A stretch of 64,000 nucleotides of DNA, from positions 146,708,107 to 146,772,106 of the forward strand of contig NC_085844.1 of the NCBI RefSeq assembly GCF_035594765.1. The letters are read 5' to 3'. Below are positions 25,436 to 38,274 of this stretch, piece by piece. Made by a program: the position numbers and the translations under genes. The DNA is from Anolis carolinensis (Eukaryota). Under the pieces are notes generated by a model. That model saw only the letters and a list, made by a program, of their open reading frames with translations, ran no database searches and was not told where the DNA came from. Numbering within the stretch: the stretch's first letter is position 1; each line of letters begins with the position of its first letter.

Positions 25436-26430
25436 CATATCTGAGGTTCCTCATTCACCAAGAGGTGAAGGCTCATATGGGTGATATGATATGATTCTTC
25501 AGATATCCTGGTCGTGAACCATGTAGGGCTTTATAGCTCACAAAGAAAAGAAAAGTCAAGGGATTGCCTCTGCTGCTGACTCAAATGGCTGCCTCACAAT
25601 GCTAGTGTTATCCCACATGAGAAAATCCAAGTCCACACCATCCTCCATGCTTCACAAGTGTGGCATGGTTTGCAAAGGCACTGTGCTGTGTGTGTTAACT
25701 GGAAAATGAAGTCCATGAAGCCTGCAAAGACCTGGGGATTGATCTGATTCTGTTCTGCTGCTGCAGAACCAGTTTGGACAAATTTTCAGTGTTGACTGAG
25801 TACTGTTGGTGAAGAGAGCAGTGTACTCTGAGAGGCCTTGCTATTTTGAGATCTGTTTGCTGCTGAGAAATGAGGGAGAAGAACCAGGACTGTATTCTTC
25901 TCTGAAGCAGATTTGTGGACTGGGAAAGGACTATTTATGACCGTAGACTTCTGTAAGTGATCAGAGGGATCATTGTAAATACTTTTTTATCTCTTGAAAT
26001 CAGTAAAGTTCCTGTATTGTTGTTCTGCAAATCTGAGTGGCATGCTATTGTTCTGCGGGTGACTCTGGATCTCAGGCATGTAAGAGCTTCCATTTATCAT
26101 CATCAATCCGTAAAAAGTGCATTCCTATTGACAGCAATGAGCCAAAATGTGTGGCTACCAACTTGCCATTATGCTGGCTAGTTCCCCTAACACCCACAAG
26201 TAATTTGGGCAACTCTTTCTGGACCTCTGGGCTGTAAATAGAAAATCCTTGAATTTAATTATACATGACACAGTATAGGCCTGAAAATCCTACATTATAT
26301 TTGTCACATCTATTTTAAAGAGCTGGAAGCCTCCTAAATAGAACCTGATTTCTGCACAAGCCCAGCTGTATTTCTGTACAAAATGATACCCTAGTTTTCC
26401 CCGAAGACGTGCGGATTGAACCAACGGAAA

Positions 26431-26444
26431 GTTGCCATGACAAC
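26431..26444. promoter_or_regulatory. candidate RFX X-box GTTGCCATGACAAC
   Basis: 13 of 14 positions match the palindrome GTTGCCATGGCAAC, in a CpG-retaining non-repeat patch. Confidence 0.4.
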
Positions 26445-26954
26445 CTACAGCACGGTTTAGGTATTAGGGACTCATGCCAAGACAGACAACACAGTCAAGA
26501 CGTGTGGCTCTGATTCCGCTTTGATGGTGAACCCCATGCCTTAAAATTCACACGAACATTTATAGGCCAGGTTAAAAACATGGCTTTGGCAATTTAATAA
26601 ATCCTGAAAACAACCTTAAGTATAATGCATAAGCTGTGCCTGTTAGGGCTCTCTCCATTTATTCTTGCATCTTCCCATGTAGGTTCCTGGGATGCAATTT
26701 CTGGATTTCCCATGTATTCCATAGAGACCTGTTCACGAATGCCTCATGAGTAAAACACCTGTTATGGTGAATGGGTATCCACTTTATGAGCTTTTAGGTC
26801 TTAACAGGTGCTCTCAAGGGATAAACTGAACACCAGTAACTCAGAGCTCGAAAGCAACTATGGGGGATACATTCCCTGACTTTGTGCGAATGCATGAAAC
26901 TGTGAATAACAGCAAACCCTACTGAAATGAGGTTTAGGCCCAAGAATACCGCAG

Positions 26955-27337
26955 AGTCATAGAATCCTGAGTTGGAATAGACCTCGTGGGCCATCCAGTC
27001 CAACCCCCTGCCAAGAAGCTGGAAAATCGCATTCAAAGCACCCCTGACAGATGGCCATCCAGCCTCTGCTTAAATGCCTCCAAAGAAGGAGCCTCCACCA
27101 CCCTTCAAGGCAGAGACTTCCACTGCCATACAGCTCTTACATTTAGGAAGTTCTTCCTAATGTTCAGGTGGAATCTTCTTTCCTCTGGTTTGAAGCCATT
27201 GTTCCGCATCCTAGTCTCCAGGGCAGCAGAAAACAAGTTTGCTCCCTTCTCCCTATGACTTCTCTCATATTTATACATGGCCATCATGTTTCCTCTCAGC
27301 CTTCTCTTCTGCAGGCTAAACATGCCCAGCTCTTTAC
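26955..27337 (-). mobile_element. CR1 LINE 3' end
   Basis: ORF2 C-terminus LGMFSLQKRRLRG...RFHLNIRKNFL; ATTCTATG tail. Confidence 0.92.
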
Positions 27338-28020
27338 GCCAAAGTGGAAGACCTAGGAAGTGTCCAGAGAGGACACATTTTTTTGGATGTGGATAAATGA
27401 CACTGCAGAAACCGGTCTGATGGATATGGAAGTACTACTGTAGTGCAAATGACAATAACTAATGTATAACTAGATTACATTATAATTAATTCCACAAGGC
27501 ATAACTTTGCTCCGTTTACAGTCTAATAGTCCCTTTCAAGTTATTCTTATAGTTAAGAATGTGGTGTTACTAAACAATCCAGGAAGAGCATCACATAGTT
27601 CAAAATTTAGCTTTTCATGCTGCTGGCTTCTGCTCTATTGTGGGCATTGGAGCAACAAATAGGTCTATTGGAGGAGGATACCACAGGTCAGCTACCTTGT
27701 GTTTTCTTTTTGAACAAGAGCAATGTCTTTGAACTAAAACTGATTGCTTTTCCAACTGACAGAATTTCCAACAGAGATACAGTAAGTTGTATCCAATATA
27801 TCATTTCACTTTCCAAACTAAGATGAGAAATCAGGAGTGTGCCCCAGACTCAATTACAGTCTCAGACATTCTACTTTTGTACTAAGCCTCTGATACATCT
27901 GAATTAATCATACTAACTGGAATAACACACACATATTCTAGGTTGGCCTAGTGTCCCTTATTATGATCCTTTTTTGAGATCAGAAAGCTTGTCTCTTATA
28001 GAACTAGCAGGTATCACTTA

Positions 28021-28327
28021 GGTAAAAGTAAAGGTTTTCTCCTAACATTAAGTCTAGTCATGTCCTGCACTGAGGGTTGGTGCTCATCTCCGTTTCTAAG
28101 CCGAAGAGCCAGCGTTGTCCGTAGATGCCTCCCAGTTCATGTGGCCAGCATGACTGCATGGAGCGGTACCTATTGATCTACTCACATTTGTATATTTTCA
28201 ACCTGCCAGGTAGGCAGAAGCTGGGGCTAACAGCGGGAGCTTACCCCACTCACTTGATTCGAACTGCTAACCTTTCAGTCAGCAAGTTCAGCAGCTCAAC
28301 AGTTTAACCCGCTGTGCCACCGGGGAC
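28021..28327 (-). mobile_element. Sauria SINE
   Basis: Full layout; TSD tcactta. Confidence 0.9.
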
Positions 28328-28405
28328 TCACTTACTATATTTAAAATCTGGAAGTTTTTATTTGTATATGGAGTGAACAAGATGACAATAATACTATATT
28401 AGGAT

Positions 28406-28701
28406 AAAGGTAAAAGGTTTCCCCTGACGTTAAGTCCAGTCGTGACCGACTCTGGGGGTTGGTGCTCATCTCCATTTCTAAGTTGAAGAGCTGGCGTTGT
28501 CCACAGACATCTCCAAGGTCATGTGGCCGGCATGACTGCATGGAGTGCCATTACCTTCCCGCCATCTACTCACATTTGCATGTTTTCGAACTCCTAGGTT
28601 GGCAGGAGCTGGGGCTAACAGCGCACCCGGGATTTGAACCTGGGACCTTTTGGTCCGCAAGTTCAGCAGCTCAGCGCTTTAACACACTGAGCCATCGGGG
28701 G
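28406..28701 (-). mobile_element. Sauria SINE (adjacent second copy)
   Basis: Full layout. Confidence 0.9.
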
Positions 28702-29887
28702 TAATAAAGACAGAAATGTATGCAATGTGTCATTTATAATTGTGGACAACATATTATTTTACAGAGAAACATAACAGTATGACTAAAAACAATACTTTGA
28801 TTTGTAATTTGGGTAGAAGACAAAGTTATTAATTTTCTGACTCTCAACTCAGCATATCACAAATTTCAACTGTTTATTACTGTTGTCTTGAAAATCTGAC
28901 AACACTCACATGGATTGCACTATACTACATCCTATATTGCACTAATTTATACTGTACTATACTATGCATATTATACAGTGCTAACTATGAGTATTATTTG
29001 ATATAAGATTTTGAGTTATAGCTAACTAGGATTACTCTCAGAATAATAATTTGAAGATATATATGCAAATTGGGGTTATGAGAGTGTGCAGGTAGCACTG
29101 ATGGAGATGCGACACTATCATTATGAAAACAGGAGACTGGAAAGGCAATTCACAGGGAAGGAAAGAAGGAAGGAAGATACTTTATTAGCTGCATGCCCCT
29201 GCTTTCTTAATAAAAATTATATCTGGTCAGGGACACTTAGGGCTGATAGATTTTGATGGAAAGTTTTGAACTTTTACTAATAAAATGGTTCCCACATTAT
29301 GTCTATGGGGGTGGGGGGGAGTTAGAGATTCTGTGTAGATCCAAGAAATGTCTTTTTTAGGAATTGCTTTTAAAATATAGGTTGTAACAGCACTGTGTTT
29401 TCTCTATGAAAAGGTCATAAGAGTATTTTTAACCACTGCATATCACTTCCAGTTTTCCCTGAGGAAGAGAAGAGACGATTGAAAATATTTTGGGTAACCT
29501 GATAAACAAACCGGGGGGGGGGGGGGGGGCTACCAATAGGACCTCAGCCTTATTTTTCTTTGGGCACCCCCTTCATTTTCTATGCTATTTTGCCTGAGCA
29601 GACAATCTACATTTTAAATAAAGATGCCTGAATCCAATCTCTGTGAATTTTCATATACACTCCATTGATGCACATCTCTTACTCCAGCGTGGGGAAAACA
29701 ATTGTTTTCCTGCTTTCATATTTCCCAAATGATCCAATGCCTCAAAACAATATGCATAATTTGAAAGAAAACAAGGACTGAAACATGAATATGAAAGTGT
29801 GTATTTTCACTCAAAATAGAATTTCAAATGAATGCAGAAATCAGGAAGAATAGACAATCAGGTAAGTCCATATAGTAAGTAACATAT

Positions 29888-30192
29888 GTTAAACCGCTGA
29901 GCTGCTGAACCTGCTGACTGAAAGGTTGGCAGTTCAAATCTGGGGAGCAGGGTGAGCTCCCACTGTTAGGCCCAGCTTCTGCCAACTTAGCAGTTCGAAA
30001 ACATTCAAATCTGAGTAGATCAATAGGTAGCGCTCTGACAGGAAATTAACAGCACTCCATGTAGTCATGCCGGCCACATGACATAGGAGGCATCTACAGA
30101 CAACACCAGCTCTTCGGCTTAGAAATAGAGATGAGCACCAACCCCCAGAGTCAGGCATGACTAGACTTAATGTCAGGGGAAAACCTTTACCT
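29888..30192 (+). mobile_element. Sauria SINE, slightly 5' truncated
   Basis: Core and tail present. Confidence 0.9.
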
Positions 30193-30460
30193 ATACATTC
30201 TCTCCAGGAATGATGAGGTATTTTCAGTGTCTAGAGAATGGAGTTCATGTTGGCATACATGGGATTTCCCCATAGTTTACAACAATCTTGTGAGTAAGAT
30301 CAGTCTAGGTTTTTTCACCAAAAGTGGTCCAGAAATCAGCCAATGAGTTTTGTAGCTCAGTGTTGCTTTGAATGCAGGTCTCCCCTGCCAAAGTTTGACA
30401 GTTTTATCAATGGCATCACACCAGCCACACCTAATAGCACAAAAAGCTGATTTCTAAGTT

Positions 30461-30735
30461 TTTTAAAATCATGTCAGAAGCGACTTGGGAATTTACTGCA
30501 AGTTGCTTCTAGTATGAGAGAATCGACCATCTACAAAGAAGTTGCCCAGGGTATGCTCAGATGTGTTACCATCCTGCTGGGAGGCTTCTCTCATGTCCCC
30601 GCAAGCTAGAGTTGACAGATGGGAGCTCACCCTGTCTCGGAGATTCGAACCAGTAACCTACAGGTCAACAACCCAACCTTCAGGTCAGCAGTTCAGCTGG
30701 TACAAGGGTTTAACCCATTGCCCCACCGTGGCTCC
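30461..30735 (-). mobile_element. AnolisSINE2-type SINE
   Basis: Full layout; about 90 bp downstream of the alternative-exon donor. Confidence 0.85.
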
Positions 30736-30822
30736 AATTTCTAAGTAAAGCATGGGTTGCCCAAAAGGCAACTTATTCAGATTCACTACAACCTGACTTG
30801 GGGTACATTAAGGACCACCTAC

Positions 30823-30906
30823 CTTCACACCAATAATGGTCTTGCGATGGTAAAAACAGCAGAGAAAAGCTATGAGTGTCTGAAGAGCATTGCGATCCTT
30901 AGGCAT
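30823..30906 (-). CDS. BCAR3: BCAR3 alternative first coding exon, MPKDRNALQTLIAFLCCFYHRKTIIGVK
   Basis: gaaaATG (A at -3), 28 open codons, donor AAG|gtaggt in phase 0; resembles the recalled short-isoform N-terminus of human BCAR3 (MPKECSAFHALSAALCCFYHRKSFIGVK). Confidence 0.88.
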
Positions 30907-31260
30907 TTTCCGAATCTTTGTCCCAGGGACCAACAACCTGTTTCAGAAAGCAAGGCAAATGGCTCCTTCCCAGCTACTTTCCAAAGCTCCCACTGAGCTC
31001 TTGTTTTTAGCTTAGCTGCTGCCTGCGGTGACTTCTATACTTGCCTCCCCCTGGCAATACTTTTAATCCCAGGCAGTTTCCTCAGTGAAAGTTGATCCTG
31101 TCATCTGGACATCTTTTGCTTGCTTCCATCTAGCAGGGATCAGTATCCTCATGGGATTGCATGCAGCCTGCCAATGAAATCCTAACCCTCGAAGAGAGAG
31201 AGTCTCTTTTCTAGTCGGGAATCCCCGAGATTAAACAAATACAACTACACACATCCTGGT
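30907..31260 (-). promoter_or_regulatory. probable 5' UTR and proximal promoter of the short BCAR3 isoform
   Basis: Repeat-free, GC-richer sequence directly upstream of the alternative ATG; start site not locatable from sequence. Confidence 0.45.
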
Positions 31261-31267
31261 CGAATTA

Positions 31268-31568
31268 CACTATGTAGCAAAATGTGAACAATTTTCTGTC
31301 CCTGGTTTGAAAGCGTTATCCTTATTTAATTGTTTGGTACTTAATTTGAAAGTAGTTGTTAGACTTCAGAAACTTGGTTTTTGTGGCTGCCACAAACTAT
31401 GTTGACTTGATTGAGACCTATGAGATATTCATTGGAAAAATTATAGCAAAATGTGCTCCAGAAAAAAGAAAGTTTTTGCAGTTTAATAAATATTTTCCAT
31501 GTTTTTATGATAGAACCAATTAGGAAATTGCAGTTATAACCCAGAAACAAAAATCATGTTATATAGTG
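31268..31568. mobile_element. non-autonomous DNA transposon, Chapaev3/CACTA-like
   Basis: TIR CACTATGTAGCA...TGTTATATAGTG; 3-bp flanks tta/cta. Confidence 0.65.
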
Positions 31569-32429
31569 CTATTTATTTATTTATTTATTTATACCCTGCC
31601 TTTCTCCCCATGGGGACTCAAGGCAGCTCACAACCACACACTTTGGTCCCCATTGAAAACAAATCAAATACAAAAATAAAATAGTACTGTGTAGGTTAGG
31701 TTAAAATACAACCAAGATATAATAAATACAATTAAAATGCATTTAAAACACACACATTTTCCCTGCCCAGATCCCGTCCACAACCTTCCCAGTCTAACTA
31801 AAAGCATCACCTTTTTCTTAACCGCACCATGTAGTAGCAGAGTCATTGGCCCCCAAACAGGCTCCTCAGCCCAGATGCTGCTCTCCAGCCACAGAATATG
31901 AATAATATCCATGCTTACATCAGCGGCACTGCTAAGTATGTAACTGATAAAGGTGAGAGGGTGGGAGGAGAGGGGACATGAAGGAAATAACTGCCTGACA
32001 CTGGGATACATGTCCGTGTTCCTCCGCATAATCAAAGATGACGTTATCTTTTAACGTACAGGTAACCAAGGATAGCAGCATCAAGACACTGTTTGTTTTG
32101 AATTAAGAAGCCACTGGCAACCTGCCATGGAACAACACGGAGAGGCCAGTGACATCCTCCTGGGCTGCTCTTTGCGTCACAGTAGTAAACACAAGCCTTA
32201 TGCTTTTTAATTAAAAGATCAGCCAGTGAATTTCCAGATCTAGGGCTAGTAGTCCCATACAGCTATTTCAGGCTTCTACTAAGAAATACTTAATGCTTGC
32301 TTCATAAACGTGGAGTGCCAGCAACACTAATGAAAATCCATGGGATTAAAAAAAATCATTTCAGTTACAAAATTTGACAGGAAGGGTAAAGAGTCCCTTT
32401 CAAAAACACGGATTGAGATCAACTCTGTT

Positions 32430-33345
32430 AGAAGGGTTAGAGGGCATAGCCATCAAGTTTGCAGATGACACCAAATTGGGAGGTATAGCTAATACTCCAG
32501 AAGACAGGAGCAGAATTCAAAACTATCTTAACAGATTAGAGCGATGGGCTGAAACTAACAAAATGAACTTCAACAGGGACAAATGCAAGATACTCCACTT
32601 AGGCAGAAAAAAATGAGATGCACAGATACAGAATGGGGGACGCCTGGCTCGACAGCAGTGTGTGTGAAAAAGATCTTGGAGTCCTCGTGGACAGGAAGGT
32701 GAACATGAGCCTACAATGTGATACGGCAGCTAAAAAAGCCAATAGGATTTTGGCCTGCATAAATAGGAGTCTAGTGTCTAGATCCAGGGAAGTCATGTTA
32801 TCCCTCTATTCTGCCTTGGTCAGACCAACCTGGAATACTGTGTCCAATTCTGGGCACCAGACTTGAAGGGAGATGTTGACAAGCTGGAAGGTGTCCAGAG
32901 AAGAGTGACTAAAAAGATCAAGGGTCTGGAGAACAAGCCCTATGAGGAGCGGCTTAAAGAACTGGGCATGTTTAGCCTACAGAAGAGAAGGCTGTGTGGA
33001 GATATGATGATGGCCATGTATAAATATGTGAGGGGAAGTCATAGGGAGGAGGGAGCAAGCTTGCTTTCTGCTGCCTTGGAGACTAGGACATGGAACAATG
33101 GCTTTAAACTACAGGAAAGGAGATTCCACCTGAACATTAGGAAGAACTTCCTCACTGTGAAAGCTGTTCACCAGTGGAACTCTCTGTCCCAGAGTGTGAT
33201 GGAGGCTCCTTCTTCGAAGGCTTTTAAACAGAGGCTGGATGGCCATCTGTCGGGGGTGCTCTGAATGCGATTTTTCTGCTTCTTGGCAGGGGTCTGGAAA
33301 AGATGGCCCACGAGCTCTCTTCCAACTCTATGATTCTATTATTCT
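32430..33345 (+). mobile_element. CR1 LINE, 5'-truncated and frameshifted
   Basis: RT motif KFADDTKLGG, EKDLGVLVD, RFHLNIRKNF; tail ATTCTATGATTCT. Confidence 0.95.
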
Positions 33346-35017
33346 GTCACTTTTAGGTCATACTTTTGTGGTGAAAAAGACCATGTTATGTTATCACATT
33401 TTCAACCTTTCCATCTAATTGTAAGTCCCATTGAAGGATCCATAACATAATGTGCCTAACATAGACAACTTGTGCCTTGGAGATACAGAAACAAAACAAG
33501 ACCAAAAAAAACCCCCAACAACCTAGCCATCTCTGAATGTCTGCAGTAAACAATCCATACTGCAATCTTCAAGGAAACCATCACCACTAAATGTAATTGT
33601 ACAAGTTAATGTGGAAGAAAGTACCATGCAGATTTGAACTACAAGAGCCTCTATTTTATTACAGGGAACCCACAAATAGCAAAGGGGATTCCAGTTGAGT
33701 CTGTTATTATATAGCAATTTGGAAGGGCAGGTAATGAGGAGTTAAGACAACAAAGTGTACCATTTGCATCCCTACTCTTCTATTTTTTTTAATAATTGGA
33801 AACCTGTTCAAGAAGTAGTAAAGATCGAACAGATGCATAATATCTTTTGAATGGTGGCCCTAAGAACCATGCATTTGGAAGCACCAAGGCTCATGCCAAA
33901 AGGACAATTGTTTGATGCAGTTTCGTACCACCTAATATGCTGTTTCTGGTTATGGAAAGTGCGTGAGAAACAGGTGGAGAAAACTCTTGAGTAAGGAGCA
34001 TTAAAGACATCTCAGAGCTATCCACATATTGCAAAGAAAGCATTGTGGTTCAACTCTTTCTCTGCTGCTTCCAGATGGACAGCTCCTGGTGCTATCGAAT
34101 AGGAAGGGATCTTGCAGCTAATCTTTCCTTCCTTAACAGATTGTTGTGGTAAGAAAAAAGATAGCAGGGCAACACAGGAGGTTTAAAATACACTTCTATA
34201 AAAGTTTACATAAGAGGAAGGACGACAACACTCTAAAAGCCAAATTGGGAAGCACTCTTCAACTCAAGATATTGCATATTTCAATGTTCCCCAAGTTAAA
34301 AATATTTGCTCAAAAAAGCTAGTACATCATGAAGAATGATTCTAACATCGGTTTTCTATACTTAAACATAAATATTGCTGGTTTGTTATTTTTAATGTGG
34401 GGAAACATTCTAACATGGAGTTCATTAGCATCAGGAAACAGATGTAATGTGTAATATTCTTGCAAATATGAAAACATTCCAAAGATGAAATTTCCAAAAT
34501 CCAAGCAAATTAACATTAGTGGCTTTTTAAAATTCAGGACTATAAATAGTTTTGTCCAACACAAAATGTTTATTATGAGACAATCATTTAAATAGCTTCA
34601 AGAATGAGGTCAGATATTTATACTTATGAGAAGAACTTTCAAAGTTTAATTTTAGGGATTTAATTTTAGATGAAATCAGACATCCCTTGTGAAACAAATG
34701 AATCAACAACTTGTCTGGGAGGCAGCTAGCCAGCAGATGTTTTATATAAATAGATTCTTTCCTAACAACTTCATCCTATATTTTTGGCAGGACACGTTCT
34801 ATATGACAGCAGTCCACCCTCCAGATGCACAGATTCTGCATTAATGGATTTGATCATCTATGGTTTGAAAATATCCCCTCTCCAAAAAATGAGGGATATT
34901 TTATATAAGGTATGCCAATTTACTTCACCACAGTGTATAAATGGGATATATAATGGCATTTGAGCATCCAAGGATTTTGGTATTTGTGGCCTGACTGGGG
35001 ACTAAACCCTAATAATA

Positions 35018-35772
35018 GGTAAAGATAAAAGTTTCCCCTTGACATTAAGTCTAGTCATGTGTTTAACTAGTGGTGTTCATCTTCATGTCTATGCCAAAGA
35101 GCTGGCATTGTCCATAGACGCCTTCTAGGTCATGTGGCCAGCATGGCATGACTGCATGGAGTGCTGTTACCTTCATGCCAAAGTGGTACCCATTGATTTA
35201 CTCACATTTGAATGTTTTCAAACTACAAGGTTGGCAGAAGCTGGGGCTAAAAATAGGAGCTCACCCCATCCCACGGATTCGAACCGCTGACCTGCAGCTT
35301 AGCGGTTAACCCACTGGTCTCAAGTGCGGCTGGTGGGGACGAGGGAACGAGCCTTCTTGGCAGTGGCCCCCCGGCTCTGGAATGCATTGCCAAAAGAGAT
35401 CAGGCAATCCCCTACATTATCCAATTTCTGTAAGGAACTGAAGACCTGGTGGTGTCGGCAGGTTTTTGAGTAATCATATTGGACTACCGCCGATTTCTGA
35501 GCCTGAATATATTGCACAAGATTTCCCTAGCCTAAAATGATACATTTTAATATATTGGGTTTATGGTTTCTGTCCCCTTGATCTGGTCATGTAAGTGTGA
35601 TTTATTGTTATAATTGTATTATTTTACTTTGTTTAATAATGTGTATTATGTTGTTATGTAATGTTTGTGTTGCTTTTATGACTGTAAACCGCCCTGAGTC
35701 CCATCCGGGAGATAGGGCGGTATATAAATAAAGTTTTATTATTATTATTTATTACTGGGGCACCGCAGCCCC
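35018..35772 (-). mobile_element. Sauria SINE interrupted by an L2 3' end
   Basis: Body 35018-35317; head resumes at 35754. Confidence 0.85.
35318..35753 (+). mobile_element. L2-clade LINE 3' end nested in a Sauria SINE
   Basis: RLVGTRERAFLAVAPRLWNALP; TSD ACTGG. Confidence 0.88.
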
Positions 35773-36170
35773 CCTAATGACACCTGGAACCAAACCCCAA
35801 TGGATACCATAGGACCCAATATATCCGTTTTATTGATAGAGAACACTACACTTGTACAGATCCAAAATTACAATAGTTATTCTGGATGAACTAAATCAAA
35901 TTAGGAAAAATTACACCTAAAATAAAGTACTCTAGTTACACAATTGTTTATAACCATCCTATTGTTTATTTTTTAATTGTTGTTAGATTTCCTGGAGATG
36001 TTTAATGGAAAAATGGACTACAAATAAAACAAAGGTCCAAAACCTGCCGCAAACCGACACTTAAGAAATTGATATTCTTTCTTCACTAGTACTATAAGGA
36101 AATTTTGCTGATGTTTGCAGAAATGATCGTTTGTGAATGTAGCGGAAAAATGGCTCAAGATTATTTATTG

Positions 36171-36251
36171 ATTCTGACATTTCTACCACTAAAATCCATA
36201 GGCTAGAGCAGATTCTGATATTTCTACCACTAAAATCCAAGGATAGAGTAG
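36171..36251. repeat. ~41-bp tandem duplication
   Basis: ATTCTGAYATTTCTACCACTAAAATCCA twice. Confidence 0.85.
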
Positions 36252-38274
36252 TGAGCTATTTCTGAGCCATATGAGTGAATCCTGATTTCTGATTCAAGCT
36301 CCTGGCAAGGGTGGTTTTCCCTAGCAAAAATGGGATAGCCCTGCTTATTTTTCACCATGATCCCATCCAGAAGTGACATATGGATCCCAGGAGATTACTC
36401 CTAAGGAGATGTGGACTCCAGCAAACCCACTAACTGAAAAAAAAATCTGTAATTAGAAATCGATATTTGTTTGGCAAATGATTGGGATAGAAGTAATACT
36501 GCCTTTTCACGAAACATAAAATGAAAATGTTTTGCACTCAAGTACATTGTTGGGTATGTTCATTGAAACAGCTCTAGTCAACATCCTAAATTAGAGCTTT
36601 CCAAACTTTTATTGCTAGTGACACATTTTTAGACCTGCATCATTTCACGGCATAGAAATTGCTAGCAAGCTGGAAGTTAAACCAACATTTTATAATAGAT
36701 GCAGACACATACATGTATTGTAATAATGAAACATATGGGGACACAACGTATCTCATGAAAATGTTTTATTTATATATTGCAAATTATAAGATAATTGTTT
36801 ATTTCATATACATTCAGAGGTTTCTCATTACATTTGTGCAACACACTTACACACTGCAGCCGACATGCGAATGTGTCACAACACACAATTTGTAAAGCTT
36901 TGCTAGAAAGTCAATGTAACAGTCAAAGTAAAGCATCTGTTCATTGAATCCAGTTCACAATGGATAAATGCCAGAAACTATTCTAGACCTCAAGGAAAAC
37001 ATAGTCTATTTTAATACGGCCATTCAGATTGAAAACAGCAGTTACATTGTTGCTAAAATTAACAAACAGCACTTTTCTCTGAATTTAGTCCAAGTTCTAT
37101 AGTGGGCAAGTTAAAACAGAACATTTCAACAAGTTCTTGAAAACCCATTGACTTCAAGGAGCAAATTTAATTCTTTCCCTGGAATAAATGAGATTTGAAA
37201 AAGCTGAGTCTGTACTGAAAAAGTTATAGATGTCTTGGTAGATAACATGCTAAACATGAATCAACAATATGATGAGGTAGCCAAAAACAGCCAATGCAAT
37301 TCTAGGTTGTCTTCCTAACAGTATAGTGTCCAGACTAGCCAAACATTACCTGCAGATCAGTACCAATAAGGGATGTGATAGTTAGCTGGGTATGTTTAAA
37401 TGGGAGAAGAGATGATCGAAAGGTGACTTAATCACCATATTTAAATATGTGAAGAGGTGTCTTGTAGATATTTCAGATACTAGAGGCTTGTCTATGCTTA
37501 CCCTATCCCTGAATTGGACCATAAGTTGTTTCTAGATGTCCAGACAATATCCTAAACTGGTCCTAAGGCAGGTTAACTCAGTTTTACCTACATTAACTAA
37601 TGTCAGGGAATGCTCCGGAGCTTCAATGTTAACTTCAGCCCCATACTTTAGCGTATCCCAGTGTCTGCTCTAACTTGAACAGGTTTGCTGTCCTGCACAT
37701 GGGTCAGTGCCAGCATCCCCCTTTCCCTGTGCTTAAAAGTTTAGGTAAAAAGAAATTAATCAGACCTGCATCTCCCTCTCTGTTGCTGCAGTAGAAGGCC
37801 ATGGAGCATCGAAAGGCTCATGGACATCTCCTGACATTTTGATAACATCAGCAAAGATGCCTGTACAACGGGGGGGGGGGGGGGGGGGAGGGGTGTTGCC
37901 TGGCAGTCTCCCTTCCAGGTACTAATTAAGTTTGGCCCTGTTTGGCTTTCAAGATTAGACAGGATCTGATGGCTTTTGTACAAATAGAAGTACCTTTTAT
38001 AATAGGAATGTAAGAAGCAGTTTTATAGCAAAGCACATCGATGTCTGATCCAGTGAAATATACTCCTATTCACCCTTACTCTACCAAAACCTTAAATGGA
38101 GATTGAACCTGGAAACTTTGATATGCAAAGAAACGTGAATGTGTCCTATATCCAAGCTGTCCTATCCTACCCTGTCCAATTTGTCTTGAAATCACTCCTT
38201 TGGGCTTCACACAAATCTACCATTTGCCAAAATATACGATTCTGTGCTTTTATTTCCTATTTGTTGCCATACAG

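Noticed and set aside
25600-26080. LTR-like segment (also 15850-16179 and about 46490-46900)
   Set aside because: LTR-like texture but no matching TSD or paired LTR found
32374-33264. Three consecutive ORFs as a gene cluster
   Set aside because: Frameshifted pieces of one CR1 ORF2
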